Shown here: one piece after another, positions 51,046 through 59,949 of the stretch
Numbering within the stretch: position 1 is the stretch's first letter
Layout: the number at the start of each line of letters is the position of its first letter
Assembly (NCBI GenBank): GCA_030390025.1
Contig: CM059432.1
Coordinates: 126,606,001-126,670,000 of the forward strand
DNA from: Squalus acanthias
Taxonomy: Eukaryota
Direction of reading: 5' to 3'
Length of the DNA: 64,000 bases
Program-made: the position numbers and the translations under genes
The notes under the pieces: generated by a model
What the model saw: the letters and a program-made list of their open reading frames with translations, nothing else
What the model was told of the DNA's origin: nothing
Databases searched by the model: none

Positions 51046-52957
51046 ATGGAGAGGGTGAGAGAACGCGCTCATCGCTTCACCGAGCGGGCCTTGGATGCTC
51101 TGGTTGACGCAGTGGAGCGCAGACGATGCATGCTGTTCCCGGAGAGTGGCAGGAGGCCTTTGCCACGCGAGTTCAGAAGAGTGTGGAGGGAGGTGGCTCA
51201 GAGCGTCTCCTCCAGGAGCATGGTGCCCAGGACCCATGTTCAGTGCCGCAAAAAGTTCAACGACCTCACTCGGGTCGTCAGGGTGAGTGGCTTTTTCTCA
51301 ATACCTCTCCATCCCTCCATCTCAACCTCACTCTATGGCCAGAGGGTCTTAAAACCCCAATGCACAACACTCATGCAACACCTATGGCCCTTTCATCAAA
51401 CACACACACACATTCCACACTTTGCATACAGTAAGGGCTATTCACCTATGGGAGGCACATCAGGCAAGACCATGGCTGCATATTGTAAGGGCTATTCACC
51501 TATGGGAGGCACATCAGGCAAGACCATGGCTGTATATTGACTCAGATGCTGTCCTTTTTCTTGCAGGCTAAGCTGGCTCATAATCGGAGACAGCAGCAAC
51601 GGACGGGTGGAGGGCGGCTTCAGCTGCAACCCCTCAGCGATCTGGAGGAGCGCGTCCACAGGATTGTGGCAAGCCGGGTGATCGGTCCCGTCGCCACTGG
51701 GGACGCCGACCCCGTTGTGGACAGCAATGGTAAGGTCATCACCTTTTTGTCTTCTGTCCTTCCACTTGTCCCTCACAATACCAGCCTTTGACACTTTCAA
51801 TCCAACTTGCTAACTCGCTGCACTTATTCCTCCCTTACTGCCACCCTGTCCTCACGCTAAAGCCACTCTTGTACCTCCCTGCTTTCAGATGGTGATTCAC
51901 CAGCTGAGGAGATGGTCCCTGAAGCTGCCACTGGGAGTGATGCTGCAGCTGAGGAGGAAGAGGAAGCCGGAGCATCAGTGCCACCCTCTCCCGAGGAAGC
52001 CCATGGCCACACTGGGAACACGCCTTCCCCGGAGGGGAGCAGGGGGGAAGGGGCTGATGATGGTGAAGTTCCAGGACCCAGCGGGCTGCAGCAACGCCAT
52101 TGGGGGGGGAGGGAAGAACGGGGGAGCAGGGGGGAAGGGGCTGATGATGGTGAAGCTCCAGGACCCAGCGGGCTGCAGCCACGCCATGGGGGGGGGGGAG
52201 GGAAGAACGGGAGCCTTCTCCCCAGAGGGAGAGTATGCCAGACACTCCTAATGCAATGGACGCAGAGGAGGAGCGGCTGATTGCAGAAATGAACAGCCAG
52301 GCGGTGGGCATGCACACTGAGCTCATGGGTGCAGTGGGAAGGGTGCCCGAATGCATTGAGGCACTGGCAAGGAGTGTGGAGCACTTCGCTGTAGCACAGG
52401 CGGATGCCACACTAAAGCTTAGTGCTGCAATTCAGTCACTGGCTGCCAGGAACCCATCTGAGACTGCTCTCATGCAGACTCAGATTGAGGCCACGCGAGC
52501 ACTGACTGCTGCCATCCTCGATGGTTCGTGCACATGTCCCCGGGGCTGTCACCGCGCCGCAGCAGGCCAGCAATCTGTTCTCCGGCAAATTGCTCCGGAT
52601 GCTGAAGTGCTGCCCCGTGGGAGTGCCAGTGTGTCGGGCGAGCAGGGAGTTGCTGTCCTCTCTCACGATGACAGCATTCCTGCTGCCAACACTGTCACTT
52701 CTCCACTGCACTTGCCACCGCCTGTAGGACAGACTGCTGCCGCCCATGCAGAGTTGGTGCAGTCTGCAGCCAGGCCCTCCAGGCCCAGAAGTGGTCGAGG
52801 CCGTCCTTCAGGGGCATCTGCAGTGTCAGGGTCTGACAAGCAGCAGCCTTCCACCAGCCTTGCTGCAGCCACTGAGGTCCCATTACGGAGGAGCAGTAGG
52901 GTTAGAAGGGGGGAAGTGCGCAAGGGAAGGAGATCACCCTCGAAGGGCAAAAAGTAG
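51046..52957 (+). CDS. Harbinger Myb/SANT-like DNA-binding protein, exons 51046-51282, 51567-51729, 51889-52957 (~490 aa if the G11 frameshift at 52188-52198 is corrected)
   Basis: RAHRFTERALDALV...WREVAQSV...RTHVQCRKKFNDL. Donors gtgagt and gtaagg, acceptors ttcttgcag and ctttcag, with compatible phases (0, 1). Basic C-terminus. Confidence 0.8.
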
Positions 52958-53251
52958 GAGGTGTGCCAAAATGCTGGTCATTTTTTTATTAAAGGCCGAG
53001 GTTCATGGCCCAACTTTTGTTTAGTGTTTTGGACATTATCTCCAGGTTGTGAGAACCAGTTATGTTATTGACTGTTTTTTTGTGTTTATTTCTATGAGTT
53101 TGTCATGAGGAATTGACACACACAGAGTTTGTACAATAAATAAGTTTCTGTATTCAAAATATACATGGCTGGTGGTTGGAATTATTGGTGCCTTGGCCGG
53201 CTTAGGGGTTGCGTGCTGGGTTGATTCGTGTTTGTAGCACTGGCAGGGGCC

Positions 53252-54412
53252 CTAGAAGCGGCTTGCTATTAGTCGTTGACGGACGGCCCTTGCAGTTTGA
53301 CCATTGTGGGCCGCCCTCCTGCCTTGGTGCTGCTGCTGATCATCGTCCTCGGCCTGTTCCTCCTCTTCCTCCTCCTCCTCTTGTGGTGCTGCAAGGCCTG
53401 GTGGCATTGGCTGCGTCCTGAGGATTGCCATGTTGTGCAACATGCAGCACACCACGACGAATTTGGAAACTTGCTCAGGCGAGTACTGCAGGGCTCCTCC
53501 GGAATGGTCCAGACAGCGGAATCGTTGTTTGAGCACGCCGATTGTGCGCTCAATAATGTTCCTGGTTGCTTGTTGGCTTTCCTGGTACCGCAGCTCAGCA
53601 GGGGTGTTTGGCGCACGGAGCGGTGTCATCAGCCAGGTGCTCAATGCGTACCCCTTGTCCCCCAGAAGCCAACCAACTGGCTGATGCGGTGCCTCGAAAA
53701 TTTCTGCCACAGTACTCTGGCGCAGGATGAAAGCATCGTGGCAGCTGCCCGGATAGTGGGCATTGACAGCGAGAATCACCTGTCTGTGGTCACAGACCAA
53801 CTGCACATTCAAGGAATGGAACCCCTTTCTGTTCCGGAACTCCTCTGCATTCTCTCGCGGAGCACGCAAAGCCACATGCGTGCAGTCAATGGCGCCCTGC
53901 ACCATGGGGAAGCCCGCTACCCTCGCAAAGCCCATAGCACGGTCATGCTGCTTGTCTGGGGTCATAGGGAAGGAGATGAAGTCTCGTCTCCTTGTGAAGA
54001 GGGCATTGGTGACCTGCCGGATGCAGCGATGCACCGCAAACTGGGAGATATTGGCGAGGTCCCCAACAGCAGCTTGGAATGAGCCAGTGGCGTAGAAGTT
54101 CAAAGCCACTGTGACCTTCACTGCCACCGACAGAGACGTCCTGGACCTCAGCTGAGGCTGCAGATCTGGCTGCAGCAGGTGGCAGAGCTCAGTGACCACC
54201 TCCTTGCTGAATCGCAGCCTTCGCAAACACAGCTCCTCGGACATGTGGATGTAGGAGAGCTGTTCACGATATACCCTGGGAGGGTAAGCTCTCCTGTACA
54301 TGCGCCTGATGGCCCTCCTCCGTCTGGCCATCATTGCCACTCTCTGTCTGCGTCTCACTATCCTCCGATTGAGCTGGAGCAGGACGACGCCCCCAATCAT
54401 TGCAGCCCCCAT
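53252..54412 (-). CDS. Harbinger (HARBI1-like) DDE transposase, 386 aa, intact
   Basis: Uninterrupted ORF with GAIDCTH, NRKGFHSLNVQLVCD, YPGSCHDAFIL, LLGDKGY, RNIIERTIGVLKQRFRCL. Confidence 0.95.
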   Translation of the reverse strand: MGAAMIGGVVLLQLNRRIVRRRQRVAMMARRRRAIRRMYRRAYPPRVYREQLSYIHMSEELCLRRLRFSKEVVTELCHLLQPDLQPQLRSRTSLSVAVKVTVALNFYATGSFQAAVGDLANISQFAVHRCIRQVTNALFTRRRDFISFPMTPDKQHDRAMGFARVAGFPMVQGAIDCTHVALRAPRENAEEFRNRKGFHSLNVQLVCDHRQVILAVNAHYPGSCHDAFILRQSTVAEIFEAPHQPVGWLLGDKGYALSTWLMTPLRAPNTPAELRYQESQQATRNIIERTIGVLKQRFRCLDHSGGALQYSPEQVSKFVVVCCMLHNMAILRTQPMPPGLAAPQEEEEEEEEQAEDDDQQQHQGRRAAHNGQTARAVRQRLIASRF

Positions 54413-54605
54413 ATTCTCTTTGCCAGAAAAGTAATGAGGTACAGCAACGAAAGTAGCAGCAAAGTTAGGATGAACTAGGCCAAACTACCTCACAAAGCGT
54501 TGAGTCAATGTAGAAGTCTCTCTCTCTCTCTCTCCGAATCTCTCTCTCTCTCTCTCAGAACGAGTGGTGCATAAATGTCGACCACAGAAAAAGACAGGAA
54601 GAGGC

Positions 54606-54760
54606 CCCCTTTAAATAGCGCCCCCCCCAGCCCCACACCAATTGATAACGTTCCAGTCTTCCGGTCGTTGGAAGCGCCAGGCGGTAAGGCAGGGGGCGCC
54701 ACTCAATTTCCGCTCCGGGGCGCCCCAAGGGCGTTGCACCACGGAATGACGTCACAATCT
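54606..54760 (-). promoter_or_regulatory. Putative transposase promoter (TATTTAAA box, CCAAT, CRE palindrome)
   Basis: CCCTTTAAATAGCG at ~54607-54620 and TGACGTCA at 54747-54754. Equivalent motifs lie upstream of the other two transposase copies. Confidence 0.5.
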
Positions 54761-54987
54761 GCGCGCGCAGGTGGTCGCAGCGGTAAGTTTTAGCGCCGCC
54801 GCACAATCTCAAGTTAAGTTCTCGAGCGGCGCAAACAGCGCTGCGCCCGGGCGTTAGCGCCTTAACGCCCCATTAGCGCCCTTTTAAGGCGCTAACGGGA
54901 GGCGCAACCAACTGAATTTTTACCCCAAGGTATTCCATGCATTTTATGGTGTGCAGATACATAAACCAGGTGCAGCCTCATTATAGG

Positions 54988-55430
54988 NNNNNNNNNNNNN
55001 NNNNNNNNNNNNNNNNNNNNNNNNNNNNNNNNNNNNNNNNNNNNNNNNNNNNNNNNNNNNNNNNNNNNNNNNNNNNNNNNNNNNNNNNNNNNNNNNNNNN
55101 NNNNNNNNNNNNNNNNNNNNNNNNNNNNNNNNNNNNNNNNNNNNNNNNNNNNNNNNNNNNNNNNNNNNNNNNNNNNNNNNNNNNNNNNNNNNNNNNNNNN
55201 NNNNNNNNNNNNNNNNNNNNNNNNNNNNNNNNNNNNNNNNNNNNNNNNNNNNNNNNNNNNNNNNNNNNNNNNNNNNNNNNNNNNNNNNNNNNNNNNNNNN
55301 NNNNNNNNNNNNNNNNNNNNNNNNNNNNNNNNNNNNNNNNNNNNNNNNNNNNNNNNNNNNNNNNNNNNNNNNNNNNNNNNNNNNNNNNNNNNNNNNNNNN
55401 NNNNNNNNNNNNNNNNNNNNNNNNNNNNNN
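54988..55430. other. Assembly gap (443 N)
   Basis: Run of N. Confidence 1.
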
Positions 55431-56456
55431 AAAGTAGGGCTTCCTTGCCTAATGTAATTGAATGCAGAGTGATTTTTAAAATAGATTTTGCCCAACCCCG
55501 ACAGCCAAACTACTGTGCAGCAGGTACCGCAGTGTTTTTCCTTCACCTTCTACCGCGCCCCCCGCTCCAATCCCATCCAAGACCAGGTCCCAGCGGCAGT
55601 AGAAATATCACCAAAAAATACATTTAAATGAGCTGGACCTCAGAAGGCTCGTTAGCTTCTGCAGCGGTCAGAGACAGGTTGATGCAAAGCTCACCCCACT
55701 CCCAACAGATCAGAAAATTTACGCTCATATTCCCCCCCCCCCCCACCCACCCCACAACCCTGCAGTTCCTCATCGCTACTTAATTCTACCCATCGTGATC
55801 GCAGGAGATGCCAAGAAAGTGCAGCCTGTGACCAGTTTGATATACAATTGGGCTACGGATCCGATTCTTTGATGGGCAGTAACTTAACAAATGGCATTTG
55901 GAGATGCATGTGGCACAGAAGCAAAAAAAGCAGTGGCCTTGCATTCAAACCATCAACTTCTGTTGGGAGATCTCAGAAACTAAATGGACCCAGGCTGTGC
56001 TTTTGCAGGAGCTGCTTGCACTGGAGTATCAGTGACTTCCACAAATCTTTCAGCCTTGTAGCAAGTCAGAGCCGTACAACAACCCATGGTTTCTCAGCAG
56101 GTCGCCCTGTAGACCAACAGGAACAGTCACAGCTGCTTAGTAATTAGGAATTATTGATATTTTAATTAGGGAAACATTTTTGACGGGTTGCTCCGCGTAC
56201 ACATTCAATCTCGGAGATTCAATTATAGCTACAGCAATTACTAAATGCTGCAGTACTGATCATGAATGAACACAGTGTTCATTCAGCCTGTGACAGCAAA
56301 GCAAATTACCAATGAGTCTTAAACACAGCAAATTAAGGAACAATCATAATGTTTAGGATTTGTTAAACAGGAAAATAACTTGCCCGAGAAGGCTTTGCTT
56401 TGTGAATCTATAGTTAACCGCTGAAGAAATGGTTTAGAGTTTGACTGTTGGAGGAA

Positions 56457-56484
56457 GAATAAATAAATAAATAAATAAATAAAT
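56457..56484. repeat. (AAAT)n microsatellite
   Basis: Direct tetranucleotide repeats. Confidence 0.9.
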
Positions 56485-56774
56485 AGAGGATACCAGACAG
56501 GAACTCGCTGAATATTAATGGCATGCTACAGGGAATGTTCAAAAACTACACTTGTGACCCAAAGGTAAATCACTATAAAAAAAAGTTTATTTTTCCAAAT
56601 CTACAAGTTCACACTTCCCTTCCTTTTTAAATTAATATTTTTATTTCCCCCAGCATTTGCCCCAACTGATATCTCCTGGCTTGGTTTTCACAGCATTCCA
56701 AGGTAATGTGAGAGGACGTGGCTGCGATTAACATGGAGTTCTTCTTCCTCTGAAACTACACATTTAATTTAAAA

Positions 56775-57035
56775 TAAAAAACAGAAAATGCTGGAAATAC
56801 TTAGCAGGTCAGGCAGCATCTGTGGCGAGAGAAACAGAGTTAACGTTTCGATGACCTTTCGTCAGAACGGTCATTGACCTGAAATGCAAATTACAAAGGT
56901 CTGACGAAAGGTCTTCGACCAGAAACGTTAACTCTGTTTCTCTCTCTCCATAGATGCTGCCTGGACTGGTGAGTATTTCCAGCATTTTCTGGTTTTATTT
57001 CAGATTTCCAGCATCTGCAGTATTTTGCTTTTGTA
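56775..57035. mobile_element. Penelope inverted pseudo-LTR pair with hammerhead motif at ~56898-56933 (+)
   Basis: Arms AGAAAATGCTGGAAATACT...GTTAACGTTTC and its inverse. CUGACGA-AA-GGUC-UUC-GACC-A-GAAA-CGUU-AAC. Confidence 0.8.
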
Positions 57036-57575
57036 TATCATTTCAATGATTCATAGACAGTCCACTTGTACTTGTGGACTGGTCCATTTGTAGGAAGATT
57101 CGTGCATCGTTAAAATATAAAGTATTCTGTAAAGCTCATCACAAGATAAGGCGGCGGCCTTTCAACCACTCAGATTTCATCCTTCTGGAACAACCCTACC
57201 AGCTTCTCATGATAGCATTGAGCCGTTTGTTGAATGAGTCCAGTGTTTTAAACCACTGTACCAGCTGTGTTCCAGCTGTTGCTTAGCCTCCGTTTAAAGA
57301 ATACTTCAGCATCTATCCTAAATTTGCTCTTCGCAACCTTGACTCTGTGCTCGCGTCCTGACTTAACTTTATCGAGAAAGTAAAACAACACTTCCAGTTA
57401 AGTATTGTACATACTTTACAAGATACGCAGAGATGTCTACATCATCCTGTATGAAGACATCGAAGAACAATAATTGGGGAAATGAAAAATGCTATTTTAA
57501 AGACTGAAAATGGAACATTTGCTAATTTTGGTATCAAGTATAAGCACTAAACATTCGCAGCCCATTTTAGGTTTG

Positions 57576-58037
57576 ATGCGGAGATGCCGGCGTTGGACAA
57601 AAATGAGAAGTCGCACAACACCAGGTTATAGTCCAACAGATTTATTTAAAATTTGCGGCGATGCCGGCACTCATGAGGACGGCCTCAATAGGGATATCAG
57701 GTTCATGTCACGCTACAGAACGTGACTTGACATCGTTGTCTGTCTTTCCAGTTTTTAAAAAACAAACACAAAAAACAAACCCAAAAAAAACACTGCAGGC
57801 AGCAGGTTTTGACACGTTGGACCCCCTGGGACACATCTCATTGTCTTGGCTGTGCTCTTGGTGTGTCTTTGATGTAAGGAAAGATTGTATCTCTGCAGTT
57901 TCTGTGTTTATATTCTGTGAACTTTTGTAGATACACTCATTGTAACTTTACCTGAAGAAGGGGCGATAGCTCCGAAAGCTTGTAATTTTAAATAAATCTG
58001 TTGGACTATAACCTGGTGTTGTGCGACTTCTCATTTT
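57576..58037 (+). mobile_element. 5'-truncated Penelope-like element: short inverted pLTR, ORF C-terminus, 3' UTR/pLTR
   Basis: GTHEDGLNRDIRFMSRYRT* resembles a PLE GIY-YIG C-terminus. TSD-like CATTTTAGGTTT at 57563-57574 and 58032-58043. Confidence 0.8.
57948..57985 (+). ncRNA. Minimal type I hammerhead ribozyme motif
   Basis: UUAC-CUGAAGA-A-GGGGC-GAUA-GCUCC-GAAA-GCUU-GUAA. Stem I UUAC/GUAA, palindromic AGCU stem III. Confidence 0.7.
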
Positions 58038-59394
58038 AGGTTTAACAGTTCTCATGTAACAATTTTCTTCCACTTTACCACAGCAACATGACTCAGTTCT
58101 GAACTCAGAAGAGCAGAGCTTACTGCACAACCTTGGTCACTGTGACCGCGCTGCTTAATGTCATCCTAACTCGTGACAAATTATGGGTTAGCTGTGTGCT
58201 ACAACACAAGAATTTTGAAGAACAAAAAAAATGCCTTTCACCCGAATAAGCCATTCCTTTTCAAGAATCAATCTCACTTACAGGTCTTCTTACTACCGCA
58301 CAATCCCTTCTGTTGCCAGAAATACGTCCAACTGTCTCTTAAACACACTTGCACAATGTCATTACTCTTTGGGTCCTAACTTCCTTAATTTTAGCTTGTG
58401 CCCACTGGTATTTGAAACTTCCGCCCAAACAATTCATTTTCTTGAACAGCTGCATCGGCTCCCTTCGTAATCCTGAAGGAAATTGGATCGTCTCAAAGTC
58501 TCTAGCCACGAAATTCCATTGGGATTTTGGTGGGAGACAGGTGGAATACCCAGGGGGGAAAAAAGGCATAAATGGCCGTTTATGTCATTTCCTGAGTTCA
58601 GGCGATCGCCAGCTAGAGTTACAGTGGGAGACCAGTAGAAACCCCTCAGAATTTCAAGGCCTCTTGTCAAATTGCTCAGATATATGACTGTTTCCCCCCC
58701 ACCCCCACACAGAAAGGATAGGAAAAATTACTACTTTAAATGCTGGGTGTATATTCTCAAGTTGTTTTTTTTCTAAATATAAAAGTATAGGCAGCCAGAC
58801 AAAAGGCAGTTCATAGGCCAAGCACAAGTTGTTTCTTTCAGAAACTAAAAAAATTGGCAAGTCATTAGCTTGTCTGGGTATTCGCCATTCTGCTGGAAAA
58901 CCCTGTTGATCTGGGGTGTGTGGTGGGTAGAAGACAGATAGGTTTTGTAACACAGTGAGTGAGACTTTTAAAAATCCAAACATATTCACCAAAAAAAAAG
59001 TTAGGCAGCAAAGAAGGTTAAAAAAAGATGAGACTGCAGGGAAAAAGGTTCTGACCTGGATGGTAAGGCAGAATACAGAAGAGTTGGTCCATTTAAGTCA
59101 AGCAAGATGCTACCAAATACCAAAGTGGGGTAGCAAAACATGTTCAGTATTTTTAGGTTATGATGTGGAGATAAGTAGTGATTGAACCAAGGGAATCTGA
59201 TTTTACCTGTTGCTGTCACTATGTACATCTGACCATAGCTTGCACTAAAGCAGCTTGTGATTTGAATTAATTTTGCCTCATGTACTGCTAGCTCAGTCTG
59301 CTGTTCTTGAAATTGAAAAGGTACATGTGGGAAAGACAGGAGTCTCTTGTCCTGATTGCAAGGGGATGCTTTTGTTACATCCACGGTTTAGGCT

Positions 59395-59836
59395 ATAGAA
59401 ACATAGAAACTAGGAGCAGGAGTAGGCCATTCGGCCATCGAGCCTGCTCCACCATTCAATACGATCATGGCTGATCATCCAAATCCAGTACCCTGTCCCT
59501 GCTTTCTCACACAGAATCCCCATCGAACCTGCACTGACACATATCCCACCCTATCCCCGTAACCCCACGTATTTAATTCCCCCTAACATATCCCATCCTA
59601 TCCCCGTAACCCCACATATTTAATCCCCCCCTAACACTAAGGGTCAATTTATCATAGTCAAATCAACCTAACCCGCACATTTTTGGACTGTGGGAGGAAA
59701 CCGGAGCACCCGGAGGAAACCCACGCAGACACGGGGAGAATGTGCAAACTCCACACAGTCACCCGAGGCCAGATTCGAACCCGGGTCCCTGGCGCTGTGA
59801 AGCACCAGTGCTAACCACTATGCCACCGTGTTGCCC
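59395..59836 (-). mobile_element. HE1-like V-SINE joined to a CR1 3' UTR tail
   Basis: Head GGGCAACACGGTGGCATAGTGGTTAGCAC...GGGTTCGAATC, V-domain GTGTGGAGTTTGCACATTCTCCCCGTGTCTGCGTGGGTTTCCTCCGGGTGCTCCGGTTTCCTCCCACAGTCCAAAA. 59395-59508 matches 12780-12893. Confidence 0.9.
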
Positions 59837-59949
59837 TATCATACAATATTGAGCAGTGTGAGTCAATTCCCAAAAAAGCAAGATGTCAAGACCATTTAAG
59901 CAAGTGACTGATGTTACTGAACCAGAGAAGGAATCTACAGCAGGTCAAA

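Larger units (their letters stand above)
50687..54926. mobile_element. Structurally complete PIF/Harbinger DNA transposon (4240 bp)
   Basis: TIR GGGTTAGAAATT vs GGGGTAAAAATT (10/12), TSD AAG at 50684-50686 and 54927-54929, two convergent genes, CpG-rich subterminal repeats. Confidence 0.93.

Noticed and set aside
53276..54082. 268-aa antisense ORF over the transposase
   Set aside because: Shadow ORF of GC-rich coding sequence with no recognisable domain.
53252..54412. Domesticated host gene HARBI1
   Set aside because: It lies within TIRs and a TSD, is paired with a Myb gene and has decayed paralogs in the same window, so it is a transposon ORF.
54937..55546. ORFs of 166 and 200 aa
   Set aside because: They span the N gap.
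59760..59836. tRNA genes (also 43232-43320 and 11205-11275)
   Set aside because: A/B boxes are followed by SINE bodies and tails, so these are SINE heads.
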